DNA of 64,000 nucleotides from Sulfurospirillaceae bacterium. Its GTDB lineage: Bacteria > Campylobacterota > Campylobacteria > Campylobacterales > Sulfurospirillaceae. Below the pieces are notes generated by a model that was not told the origin of the DNA, ran no database searches, and was given only the letters and a program-made list of their open reading frames with translations. The stretch is taken from assembly GCA_033723415.1 (NCBI GenBank), contig JAWVXD010000001.1, positions 256,001-320,000 of the forward strand. Direction: 5' to 3'. Both the position numbers and the translations under genes were made by a program. Shown here one piece after another: positions 23,756 to 33,567 of this stretch (positions are counted from its first letter, which is position 1; each line of letters opens with the position of its first letter).

Positions 23756-24997
23756 TTGAGTACAGATAAAAGGTTTGATCTTATCGTTATCGGTTCCGGG
23801 GCTGCCGGGATGATGAGTGCCATAGTAGCTTCAAGGCATGGCAACAAGGTGCTACTAGTAGAAAAGCTCTCTAAGATCGGTGCGAAGCTCAAAGCAACAG
23901 GCGGCGGAAGATGCAACCTAACCAATACCTTGTCCAATGAAGACTTTATCGAACGATTTGGCAGGGAAGGACGTTTTATGAGAGATGCCCTTGAGCGCTT
24001 TGATCATAAAGCTCTGATAGACTTTTTTGCCCAGATTGGAGTCACAACTCATGCGCCCGATGGATACCGAGTCTTTCCAACCTCACACCAATCTGCTACG
24101 ATTATAGCTGCACTTGAAGAGGAGATGAACAAATTAGGCATTGAGATCTTATGTTCATGTGAAGCCAAAGAGATACACTTTGAGGCAGGACACATCAAAG
24201 GTATCAGCACGACTTTGGGTGACTTCTTTGCTTCCAATATCATCATCGCTACCGGAGGGCTGGGTTATCCGGTGCTTGGGGCTCATGGAGACGGATACCG
24301 ATTTGCTGAGTCTGTTGGACATCAAATCACAGAATTAAGTCCCGCGATGATGCCATTGAAGGTTCGGGAGGAGTGGGTAGCAAATTGCAGAGCTGATACG
24401 ATCCCTAAAGTGGAGATCAAAGTGGATTTGCCCAAAACAAAAAAACTACGCGCAAAGGGTGATCTTATCTTCACGAAAAACGGTATCAGAGGTCCGGTTG
24501 TGTTGGATTTTGCAAGATATGTGACACCTTTGCTAAAAGATCATGACGCCGTACCGATTTTGTTAAATCTTACAAAAGGGATGCATGAAGAGGAGATTTT
24601 TAATCATCTTAAAACTCAGGCAAAACAAAATCCAGGCCATACGATCTTGGAGCATATCATGACGTTATTGCCGCTTGCGATTTCAAAAGAGTTATGCCTT
24701 CAAGCTGACATCAATGAAACCTGTCAATATTCTGAGATAGAGGGATTTAAAAGAGACAAACTTATTAAACTTCTTGCTTGGACACCACTTAGCATCACAG
24801 GTCATGATGGATTTGAAAAAGCGATGATCACCAGAGGCGGAGTGAGTTTAAAAGAGATCGACCCCAAAACGATGCAAAGCAAGCTTGTAAAAGGTTTGTA
24901 TTTCTGCGGAGAGGTTATGGATTTGGATGGACCATGCGGCGGGTACAATCTGCAGTGGTCATTCTCAAGCGGCTATTTGGCCGGACAATTGAATTGA
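23756..24997 (+). CDS. HI0933/BaiN-family flavoprotein oxidoreductase
   Basis: GSGAAG, TGGGRCNLTN, T.GGV, GGYNLQ..FSSG. Confidence 0.93.
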   Translation: MSTDKRFDLIVIGSGAAGMMSAIVASRHGNKVLLVEKLSKIGAKLKATGGGRCNLTNTLSNEDFIERFGREGRFMRDALERFDHKALIDFFAQIGVTTHAPDGYRVFPTSHQSATIIAALEEEMNKLGIEILCSCEAKEIHFEAGHIKGISTTLGDFFASNIIIATGGLGYPVLGAHGDGYRFAESVGHQITELSPAMMPLKVREEWVANCRADTIPKVEIKVDLPKTKKLRAKGDLIFTKNGIRGPVVLDFARYVTPLLKDHDAVPILLNLTKGMHEEEIFNHLKTQAKQNPGHTILEHIMTLLPLAISKELCLQADINETCQYSEIEGFKRDKLIKLLAWTPLSITGHDGFEKAMITRGGVSLKEIDPKTMQSKLVKGLYFCGEVMDLDGPCGGYNLQWSFSSGYLAGQLN

Positions 24998-25034
24998 ACA
25001 AAAGTTTGTATATCATATTTGATTATAGTATAAT

Positions 25035-25949
25035 TTGATTATGGAAAAAGTAGAAAATATAGAGGATTTTTATAGAAATCAACTCAATTGGATGCCTGAT
25101 GATCTTAAAAACGGTATCGGGCATTTTAATATTTTTAAGATAGATGACTTTAGAAATTCTAAAAACAAACCAATCAATTATAGCAGAAGAGATTACTTCA
25201 AAATAACTCTTCTAAAGGGCAGGGTTCGAATTCATTATGCAGATAAAAGTGTTGAGAGTGATAAGTATGCATTGTTATTCTCAGATCCTTTGATACCATA
25301 TAGCTGGGAACCTTTAGATGGAAAGCAGTCAGGCTCATTTTGTATCTTTACTGAGGCATTCTTTTATAATCATGGTGTACTTAGGGATTACCCTGTTTTT
25401 CAGCCAAATCAAAATAAATTATTTTTACTAAATGATGAAAATCTAGCTGATGTCGAAGCGATCTATGCCAAAATGTTTAAGGAAATATCATCTGATTATA
25501 TCTACAAATACGATGTTTTGAGAAATTTGGCATTTGAGTTGATACATTATGCGCTGAAAATCGAACCAGCATCAGCGATCGTCTCCAAAGAATTAGGACA
25601 ATCCACAAAAATAGCTTCTTTATTTACAGAATTGCTAGAACGACAGTTTCCTATCCAATCGCCATACCAAAGAATCAAAGTGAAGTCACCGAGTGAATTT
25701 GCAAAAAACTTAAATATTCATACCAACCATCTAAACAGAACTCTAAAATATATAACTGGACAGACGACTTCTGAGTTGATCTCAAAGCGAATTTCGCAAG
25801 AAGCAAAGGTCTTACTAAAACATACGGATTGGAGCATAGCAGACATCTCTTTTGCTTTAGGATATGACGAACCTCCACACTTTATAAACTTTTTTAAAAA
25901 AAGATTTGATCAAACTCCTAAAAGATATAGAAATGAACTAAATGTTTGA
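25035..25949 (+). CDS. AraC-family transcriptional regulator
   Basis: C-terminal double HTH (NHLNR.LK...G, I...LGY....F..FFKK...TP). Confidence 0.92.
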   Translation: MIMEKVENIEDFYRNQLNWMPDDLKNGIGHFNIFKIDDFRNSKNKPINYSRRDYFKITLLKGRVRIHYADKSVESDKYALLFSDPLIPYSWEPLDGKQSGSFCIFTEAFFYNHGVLRDYPVFQPNQNKLFLLNDENLADVEAIYAKMFKEISSDYIYKYDVLRNLAFELIHYALKIEPASAIVSKELGQSTKIASLFTELLERQFPIQSPYQRIKVKSPSEFAKNLNIHTNHLNRTLKYITGQTTSELISKRISQEAKVLLKHTDWSIADISFALGYDEPPHFINFFKKRFDQTPKRYRNELNV

Positions 25950-26037
25950 ATTATGTAATTTTTTGATTGATTGAAGCACGTATAAAAAAACTTTTTTCAG
26001 TTATCATTATCGATATAAAATTTTATAGGAGATCATC

Positions 26038-27063
26038 ATGAAATATAACTATTTTGGCAAGAGTGGACTTTTAGTTTCTGAGTTATGCTTTGGTACCATG
26101 ACATTTGGCGGAAGCAGAGGCGGTTTTTGGGAACTTATCGGAAAGGTACAACAAGAAGAAGTCAATAATATAATCAAAATAGCATTTGAGAGCGGGATTA
26201 ATTTTTTTGATACGGCAAATATTTACTCTTTCGGTGAGTCGGAAAATCTTCTAGGACAGGCTATCAAGGACTTAAAGATAAACAGAGATGAATTGGTCAT
26301 AGCATCAAAAGTCAGAGGAAAGATGAGTGATAATCCAAACAGCTCCGGCTTATCTAGATATCATATCTTTAATTCTGTCGATGAAAGTCTGCAGAGATTA
26401 CAGCTAGACCATCTTGATATTTTGTATGTTCACGGAGTAGATGAAAATACTGATGTCGAAGATATAATGCGTTCTTTGAATGATATTGTTATGAGTGGGA
26501 AAGTGAGATATATAGCAGTTTGTAACTGGCCTGCTTGGATGGTGATGAAAGCAAATGCTATCGCATCAGCTAAGGGTTGGCATAAGTTTATTGCGATGCA
26601 ATACTACTACTCTTTGGCAACCAGGGATATTGAGCGCGAGATCATGCCATTGGCACTTGATCAAAAATTAGCAGTATTGCCATGGAGTCCTCTTGCAGGT
26701 GGCTTTTTAAGCGGTAAATACAAACGTCAAAGCGACCAAGAAGGAGATTCAAGAAGAGCAAATTTTGACTTTCCTCCAATAGATAAAGAAAAGACTTTTG
26801 ACATATTGGATATAGTCGGTGACATAGCAGTGAAAAAGGGTGTATCTGTAGCACAGATCGCGCTTGCTTGGGTTAGAGTACAAAATGGAGTCACCAGTAC
26901 TATAATCGGTGCTAAAAAGGCTGAGCAGCTACTAGATAATATTGATTCTTTAGAGATTGTTTTTAGTGATGAAGAACTAAAAAGGCTTGATGAGGCAAGT
27001 GCTCTAAAAGTAGAATATCCTGAGTGGATGATTGAGCGAGGTAAAGAAGCTGATGCTAAATAA
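26038..27063 (+). CDS. Aldo/keto reductase
   Basis: GTMTFG, DTANIY..G.SE, SL.RLQ.D..D, WSPLAGG.L.GKY. Confidence 0.95.
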   Translation: MKYNYFGKSGLLVSELCFGTMTFGGSRGGFWELIGKVQQEEVNNIIKIAFESGINFFDTANIYSFGESENLLGQAIKDLKINRDELVIASKVRGKMSDNPNSSGLSRYHIFNSVDESLQRLQLDHLDILYVHGVDENTDVEDIMRSLNDIVMSGKVRYIAVCNWPAWMVMKANAIASAKGWHKFIAMQYYYSLATRDIEREIMPLALDQKLAVLPWSPLAGGFLSGKYKRQSDQEGDSRRANFDFPPIDKEKTFDILDIVGDIAVKKGVSVAQIALAWVRVQNGVTSTIIGAKKAEQLLDNIDSLEIVFSDEELKRLDEASALKVEYPEWMIERGKEADAK

Positions 27064-27089
27064 GGGTAGAGAGAATTTCTCTCCCCTTA
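27061..27089. terminator. Hairpin between convergent AKR and yggS
   Basis: TAAGGG..GAGAGAA / TTCTCTC-CCCTTA inverted repeat. Confidence 0.55.
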
Positions 27090-27119
27090 TCTATGTGTAT
27101 CATAGTGCTTCAATAAAAT

Positions 27120-27797
27120 TTATCTAAAGAGTACACTTCCGAGCCTAAGCATATTTGCACCACATTCTACTGCTAATTCATAGTCGTTACTCATGCCCAT
27201 AGAACAGTATTTTGCACCTTTTGTGCCTAGCTTTTCAAATATCCCAAAAGTTGTTTCAAAACTTTTTTTTATCAGTGCTTCATCTTCACTGTGTGCCCCG
27301 ATACTCATGACGCCTTTTAGCTTTATATTCGGACAGGTTTCTATAATCTCACTATATATATCGACAGCACGCTCAGGATCGACTCCTGCTTTTTGCTCTT
27401 CATATGCACTATTGATCTGTAGCAAGACATTCATAGTTTTATTTTTTACCTGTAGTCTTTTTTCTATTTCTTTTGCCATTTCTAAAGAGCTGCAAGAGTG
27501 CATGAGAAAGGGGTTTACATCTATCAAAGCGTTTATCTTGTTTGTCTGCAGTCTACCTATAAAGTGCCATTCTATAGGTAAGTTTTCCAATATTTCAGAT
27601 TTATTTTTTAAGTCTTGAACCTTATTCTCTCCAAAAGCTCTTTGTCCTATGCTATACATATCTGAAATCGCCTCTGCATCAACACTTTTGCTGACCGCTA
27701 CTATTTTTATTATTTGGTGTTGATTTACTTTTACTCTAACATTTTCAATATTTGTCAATACTTCATCATACCTTTGTTCTAAAAAGGCTTTACTCAT
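27120..27797 (-). CDS. yggS: PLP homeostasis protein YggS
   Basis: VAVSK, FGENKVQ, WHFIG.LQTNK, SMGMS.D. Confidence 0.96.
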   Translation of the reverse strand: MSKAFLEQRYDEVLTNIENVRVKVNQHQIIKIVAVSKSVDAEAISDMYSIGQRAFGENKVQDLKNKSEILENLPIEWHFIGRLQTNKINALIDVNPFLMHSCSSLEMAKEIEKRLQVKNKTMNVLLQINSAYEEQKAGVDPERAVDIYSEIIETCPNIKLKGVMSIGAHSEDEALIKKSFETTFGIFEKLGTKGAKYCSMGMSNDYELAVECGANMLRLGSVLFR

Positions 27798-28855
27798 AAT
27801 TTTCCTCCGACTAATCTATATATATCATTAAAAATTGTAAATGACATCAAAGAGAGTAAAATCGCCCAACCAGTTAGTGTAAGGTAATATAAAACTTTTT
27901 CACTTGGTGCTCTTTTTGTTATCATTTCATATATGTTAAAAACAATATGCCCGCCATCTAGTGCAGGGATGGGAAGCAGGTTTAATACTCCAAGATTTAC
28001 AGAGATCAAAGCAGTTAACCCAAAAAGAGCTACTATTCCTATCTTGCTTGCTTCTGCTGTTACTTGAACAATGGAAACGATGCCTCCTAGGTCTTTTGCA
28101 GGGATGATACCCTCAATAAGCTTTTGTAGGCTTGTTACTATCATGGTCGTTGCCATTTTTGTCTGTTCAACTGCATAGGTGATACTTTGATAAAAATTCA
28201 ATCTTAAAGTCAACACTTCTCCGATAGGAGTGATACCTACCATCTTTTTTTGTAGTTTTTCACCAAACATACTTTTATAGCTATGTATCTTAGGTGTTAT
28301 TGAGATTTCTCTTATTTCATTTTTTCTTTTTATTTTAAATAAAAGAGTACCATTGCTATTTTTAATTTTATCACTCAATTCATCCCATGTTTTGATAGGA
28401 TTGTTATTTATAGATAGTACTTTATCCCCATGCATCAATCCGCTGATTTGTGCAGGAGAATTTTTACTTATATTCCCTATGGTAGGAACAAATTTGTTAA
28501 CACCTATATTTCCTATAGCGACATACAATAAAAAAGCTAAAAGAAAATTTGCAAAAGGACCAGCAAACAGTATGAGTATCCTCTGCCATGGCTTTTTTGT
28601 ATTGTAGCTATCTTCGTCATGACTTATTTTGGTTGGATCTGTGTCGTCTTGCCCTTTCATCTGTACATATCCGCCAAGAGGAATCATACTAATTCTGTAC
28701 TCTGTGTCGTTATACATCTTTGAAAATACTTTCTTGCCAAATCCGATACTAAAGACTTCTACGCTGACACCAAAGTATCTAGCCGCAATGAAATGTCCAA
28801 GCTCATGAAAAAATATCAAGAAAGATAAAACAAGTAATGAAGTGATGATACTCAT
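27794..28855 (-). CDS. rseP: RIP metalloprotease RseP
   Basis: HELGH, PDZ domain, NLLPIPALDGG. Confidence 0.96.
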   Translation of the reverse strand: MSIITSLLVLSFLIFFHELGHFIAARYFGVSVEVFSIGFGKKVFSKMYNDTEYRISMIPLGGYVQMKGQDDTDPTKISHDEDSYNTKKPWQRILILFAGPFANFLLAFLLYVAIGNIGVNKFVPTIGNISKNSPAQISGLMHGDKVLSINNNPIKTWDELSDKIKNSNGTLLFKIKRKNEIREISITPKIHSYKSMFGEKLQKKMVGITPIGEVLTLRLNFYQSITYAVEQTKMATTMIVTSLQKLIEGIIPAKDLGGIVSIVQVTAEASKIGIVALFGLTALISVNLGVLNLLPIPALDGGHIVFNIYEMITKRAPSEKVLYYLTLTGWAILLSLMSFTIFNDIYRLVGGKL

Positions 28856-29400
28856 AAGCTCTTCATCGCCTTTGCATAAGCCATAACGTACTCAAAACCG
28901 GAATATATAGTCAACGCCACTGCAAGCCACAAAAGTGTGTCAGCATATGGCCAAGCCATCATAAGAAAACCTATAGCGATCATCTGCATAACGGTTTTGA
29001 CTTTGCCTGCCATTGAAGCTGAGACATTGAAGCCTTTGCTGGCAGATGCAACTCTTAGACCGGTTATAAAAAATTCTCTTGTAAGGATAAGATAGATCGC
29101 CCAAGGGTTTGCTCTATCTATAAACATAAGACCTAAGAAAGCCGCAAGAACTAGCATCTTGTCAGCTAAAGGATCCAGTATCGCTCCAAGTTCTGTTTTT
29201 TGATTCCAGGTTCGTGCTATAAAGCCATCAAAGAAATCAGTAGTACTTGCGAGTACAAAAAACAATGCCGCAAAATAATCAAGCCATGATGTGTCAATTC
29301 CATCAAATAAAGGGTTGTTTCTATCCACTAAAAACCAGTACATAAGAGGTGCTAGAGCAACTCTGACCAACGCCAAGAAGTTTGGAAGATTAAGCATCAT
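28852..29400 (-). CDS. pgsA: Phosphatidylglycerophosphate synthase
   Basis: D..DG.IAR......G..LDPLADK. Confidence 0.95.
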   Translation of the reverse strand: MMLNLPNFLALVRVALAPLMYWFLVDRNNPLFDGIDTSWLDYFAALFFVLASTTDFFDGFIARTWNQKTELGAILDPLADKMLVLAAFLGLMFIDRANPWAIYLILTREFFITGLRVASASKGFNVSASMAGKVKTVMQMIAIGFLMMAWPYADTLLWLAVALTIYSGFEYVMAYAKAMKSL

Positions 29401-30179
29401 TGAAACGTAGTTCCGCCGTCAATCAGCAGAGTATGTCCTGTTATCCAAGAAGCTTTGCTTGAACACAAGAAGAGTGCAGCACCAGCCATATCTTCTGGTT
29501 TGCCCATACGATTTAATGGTGATAATTCTGCTGTTTTCTGTTTGACTTCTTCATAGTTTGTAAAAGCTCTGAGTGCATCTGTCTCTATAGGTCCACCGCT
29601 GATCGCATTTACTCTTATGCCTTTTTCACCAAGTTCTGCAGCAGCATATTTGACCATAGTCTCAACAGCAGCTTTTGCGGTTCCATGACCTGCATAATTT
29701 TCAATATGAACAAGATTTCCTGTTGAAGAAAGAGATATAATGCTACCTCCACCAACTTTTTCCATCCTTTTTGCAGCTTCTTGTGCGCCAACTACAAAAG
29801 CGTTGACGGTTGCCGTAAATATGTTATTGATGCCTCTTGGTTTCAGTTTCATGAATTTTGTGTATCCACCGACTACTGCTCTGCCTGATATGATTGCATT
29901 TGATATGAAAAAATCAATTCTATCAAAATCTTGATCGATCTCTAAGAACAAACCTTTATAAGTATCAGGCTCAAGTATATTTAGATGATATGCCTTTGCT
30001 TTGATACCAAATTCATCTTCTAAACTTTTTGCCATATCTTTTGCTAACTCTTCGTTTGAATTATACGTAAAGGCTATATTGACACCATTTGATGCAAATT
30101 CTCTTACAATTGCTTTTCCAATACCTCTTGTCCCGCCACTGATTACAAGAGTCTTTCCATTCATTTCAGATAACTTCAC
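29397..30179 (-). CDS. Short-chain dehydrogenase (enoyl-ACP reductase/HdhA-like)
   Basis: SGGTRGIG, Y..H..AK, GPIETDAL, DGG. Confidence 0.85.
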   Translation of the reverse strand: MKLSEMNGKTLVISGGTRGIGKAIVREFASNGVNIAFTYNSNEELAKDMAKSLEDEFGIKAKAYHLNILEPDTYKGLFLEIDQDFDRIDFFISNAIISGRAVVGGYTKFMKLKPRGINNIFTATVNAFVVGAQEAAKRMEKVGGGSIISLSSTGNLVHIENYAGHGTAKAAVETMVKYAAAELGEKGIRVNAISGGPIETDALRAFTNYEEVKQKTAELSPLNRMGKPEDMAGAALFLCSSKASWITGHTLLIDGGTTFQ

Positions 30180-31072
30180 TAAAATCCTTTTATGTCATAT
30201 TTTTTTATAACGTCTTCTATTTTTTTTAAATTTTCTGTACTAGGCTGCGTTAATGGAAGCCTATATTCTAAAGTATCAATAAGTCCGGCTATGTACATTG
30301 CTGCTTTTATAGGGATAGGATTGCTTTCACAAAAAAGAACCTTATTTATTTCATATAGAGAATCATTTATAGCTTTTGCTCCATGATAATCTCCCTCAAG
30401 CGCCAAGTTTGTCAATTGTGAAATTTGATCAGGTAAAATATTTGATGTTACAGATATAACGCCGCTTCCTCCATTTGACAGAATAGGGTAGTTTATAGCA
30501 TCATCGCCGCTTACTACAGTAAGATTTGGCTCATGGGCTAGCAAATCCACGCATCTTTCAATGGAGCCTGTCGCTTCTTTTACTCCAAATATATTTTCAC
30601 AATCATTAAAAAGTCTAAATATAGTTTCAGGTAGTAGGTCACAGGCAGTGCGTCCGGGTACATTGTATAACATCACTGGTATTTCAATACTCTGTGCAAT
30701 AGCTTTATAATGCTCGTAAAGACCTTCCTGCATAGGTTTATTATAATAAGGAGTTACGGATAAAATACCGTCAGCCCCATGTTTTTGTGCAAATTTTGCA
30801 AGATCTACTGCTTCCCAAGTTGCGTTACTTCCAGCACCAGCAAGAACTTTTGCGTTACTTCCTTTACAAGTATCTACTGCAATCTCGATACATCTTTTAT
30901 GTTCATTATGACTGAGTGTAGCACTCTCTCCTGTTGTTCCTACTGGAACAACAACATTGATACCGTTATTGATCTGTCTAGTAATTAAAGCAGAGTATTT
31001 TTCTTCATCCAGTTGTCCTTTTTTAAATGGCGTTATGATGGCAGTCATAGAACCTTTAAAACTTCTTGTCAT
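30179..31072 (-). CDS. dapA: 4-hydroxy-tetrahydrodipicolinate synthase
   Basis: GTTGES, PYYNKP, YNVPGRT, KEATG, NPIPIK. Confidence 0.97.
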   Translation of the reverse strand: MTRSFKGSMTAIITPFKKGQLDEEKYSALITRQINNGINVVVPVGTTGESATLSHNEHKRCIEIAVDTCKGSNAKVLAGAGSNATWEAVDLAKFAQKHGADGILSVTPYYNKPMQEGLYEHYKAIAQSIEIPVMLYNVPGRTACDLLPETIFRLFNDCENIFGVKEATGSIERCVDLLAHEPNLTVVSGDDAINYPILSNGGSGVISVTSNILPDQISQLTNLALEGDYHGAKAINDSLYEINKVLFCESNPIPIKAAMYIAGLIDTLEYRLPLTQPSTENLKKIEDVIKKYDIKGF

Positions 31073-32373
31073 TTGAAATCCTTTTTTAAAATTACTGTAG
31101 TCGAATGTGCGCTTATAAGGTATTTTTTAGCAACATTTACAATATCTTTCTTTTGCAATTTATTTATTTCATCTTCATAGTTAAGAAGAGGTGAGATATC
31201 TCCTTTTGCGAAGTAACCTCCAAACATATTAGCTAATTCGCTTGAACTTTCCAATGAAAAGATAAAGTCAGATTTTGTATTTGTTTTTATCTTCTCTATC
31301 TCTTTATCTCCAATTTGACCTTTTTTAATATTTGATATTATTTTTAAGATCTCTTTTTCTACGTCCTCTGCTTTTATTCCAGGATTGCAGACAGCTAAAA
31401 ATATAAAGAGTGATGGATCTTTTTGCTCCATATTATACGCATATACCTGATTTACCATTTTCTTTTCATCTACTAATACTTTTTGTAATACACTGCTCCT
31501 GCCACTACTTAGGAGTTCACTCAATGCCGACAATGCAACTTGATCAGGATTGTTAAACGCAGGGATTTTATAAGCAATAGCGAGCATCTGAACTTGAGAA
31601 TCTTTTTTTATCATGATTCTTTTTGCACCGTCTTGAACAGGTTCTACCTGATGTATCTTTGGTATTTTTACACGGCTGTTTTTGATATGTCCAAAGTATT
31701 TCTCTGCATTTTTGAAAACATCATCAGGCTTAACGTCTCCTGCGACTATGACGATTGCATTGTTTGGTCTATAGTACTTTTTATGAAAATCACGTATATC
31801 TTTTATAGTCCAATGTTTTATATCTTCTTTAAAACCTATCGGCGTCCAATGATATGGATGATATGTGAAGGCATTGTTAAAAAGTCTAAAATACAAATAT
31901 CCTGTCGGTGAGTTATCAGTTCTCCATCTTCTCTCTTCTAAAACAACTTTTCTCTCAGGCTGAAATTCTTTGTTTGTTAATTTGAGATTTTCCATAAGTT
32001 CTGCAAAAAGTTTCAAAGATTTACCTAAATTTTTTGTAGAACTTTTGATAAAATAATGAGTAAAGTCAAATCCGGTAGAGGCATTGTCTACGCCGCCAAA
32101 TCCTTTGACTATCTCATCAAATTCACCGGCTTTTAAATTTTTTGTGGATTTAAAGTTCATGTGTTCAAGCATATGTGCAATACCGCTTTTACCCATGATC
32201 TCATTTCTGCTTCCGACTTTATAAATTACGTCAGTTGTGATGACATCACTTCCGTTTTCCATTGGAATTGCAACGACTTGCAAACCGTTTTCTAATGTTT
32301 TTGTATAGTACTTTGGCAATGAATTAGCCATTAAAACTCCTGTCAATAATAAAAAATATATAAATCTAATCAT
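31069..32373 (-). CDS. M16 (pitrilysin) family zinc peptidase
   Basis: HMLEHM (HxxEH), EERR, signal peptide. Confidence 0.93.
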   Translation of the reverse strand: MIRFIYFLLLTGVLMANSLPKYYTKTLENGLQVVAIPMENGSDVITTDVIYKVGSRNEIMGKSGIAHMLEHMNFKSTKNLKAGEFDEIVKGFGGVDNASTGFDFTHYFIKSSTKNLGKSLKLFAELMENLKLTNKEFQPERKVVLEERRWRTDNSPTGYLYFRLFNNAFTYHPYHWTPIGFKEDIKHWTIKDIRDFHKKYYRPNNAIVIVAGDVKPDDVFKNAEKYFGHIKNSRVKIPKIHQVEPVQDGAKRIMIKKDSQVQMLAIAYKIPAFNNPDQVALSALSELLSSGRSSVLQKVLVDEKKMVNQVYAYNMEQKDPSLFIFLAVCNPGIKAEDVEKEILKIISNIKKGQIGDKEIEKIKTNTKSDFIFSLESSSELANMFGGYFAKGDISPLLNYEDEINKLQKKDIVNVAKKYLISAHSTTVILKKDFK

Positions 32374-33428
32374 CGATCACAACCTATGACTTCTGTTATT
32401 TGATGAAAACCATCTTGTTTCATTAGCTTTAAAATTCCTTCGTTAATCTCTTTTACCAGATTTGGACCGTGAAATATAAATGAACTATATATTTGAACCA
32501 AACTAGCTCCTGCTCTGATGCGTTTATATGCCTCTTCAGCACTGTCAATACCGCCAACTGAAATCAAGATTGTTTTGCCGTAGAATTCTTTTGCTATTTC
32601 TTCAAAAAGTTTAAAACTTTTTTCTTTCAAGACTTTTCCGCTGATACCGCCAAAGCTTTGTGCGTCTTCAAGCAAAGTATAGTCGATAGTCGTATTTGTA
32701 GCAATAATTCCACTAGCTCCGCTCTTGATAGCGATTTTACAAAGGGATATAGCATCATTTACCTCTAGATCAGGTGCAATTTTAAGTAAGATAGGTTTAT
32801 CTGTTATCTTTGTTGCCATCAAAAAAATATCTTTAATAAACTGTTCATTTTGTAAATCTCTAAGACCTGGAGTGTTTGGAGAAGAGATATTTATCACCAA
32901 ATAATCACAGATGTCTTTGAATTTTTCAATGAGTACTTTATAATCATCGAGTGCGAATTCAGAAGAAGTTACCTTGTTCTTACCTATATTTGCTCCAAGA
33001 GGCGTGACATATGGGTATATCTTTTTGACCCTGTTTACTACTTTGAGCATGCCATCGTTATTGAAGCCCATAGCATTTTGAATACTTTCTTGCTCCGGGT
33101 ATCTGAACATTCTTGGTTTTTTATTTCCTTCTTGTGCAAGAGGAGTGACAGTACCAAACTCTATATGTCCAAAACCAAAAGATGTCAAAGCCTTTGTCAT
33201 AGTGGCATTTTTGTCAAAGCCTGCTGCTAAGCCTACAGGATTTAAAAAAGTTACTCCAAAAATATCTTGTTCAAGTTCTTTTGAGGTTACAAAGTATTTA
33301 CTTGCTAGTTTAGCCATCACAAATTGACAATATTTTGAAAGCACTCTAAAAGTACATTCAGCAATATTGTGTGCATTTTCAGGGCTGAAGAAAAATAAAA
33401 ATTTTTTCAACACTTCGTATGTGAACAT
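32370..33428 (-). CDS. pyrD: Quinone-dependent dihydroorotate dehydrogenase
   Basis: GLAAGFDKN, N.MGFNN, NISSPNTPGLR, KIAPD. Confidence 0.97.
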   Translation of the reverse strand: MFTYEVLKKFLFFFSPENAHNIAECTFRVLSKYCQFVMAKLASKYFVTSKELEQDIFGVTFLNPVGLAAGFDKNATMTKALTSFGFGHIEFGTVTPLAQEGNKKPRMFRYPEQESIQNAMGFNNDGMLKVVNRVKKIYPYVTPLGANIGKNKVTSSEFALDDYKVLIEKFKDICDYLVINISSPNTPGLRDLQNEQFIKDIFLMATKITDKPILLKIAPDLEVNDAISLCKIAIKSGASGIIATNTTIDYTLLEDAQSFGGISGKVLKEKSFKLFEEIAKEFYGKTILISVGGIDSAEEAYKRIRAGASLVQIYSSFIFHGPNLVKEINEGILKLMKQDGFHQITEVIGCDR

Positions 33429-33567
33429 ATATACTCCATTAATAATTTAAGATTTTATTATACTCAAAAAAATATAAAAGGATGTTGATTAATACTTAGC
33501 GCTTATGCACAGAGAAGATTCATAGACTAGGTGTGAATCTTCTAAAGAGACATTAGAGCAACAACCT

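Noticed and set aside
33513..33543. Inverted repeat between msbA and pyrD as riboswitch or pyrimidine attenuator
   Set aside because: Single hairpin without recognisable aptamer or PyrR motif; most simply a terminator or processing stem
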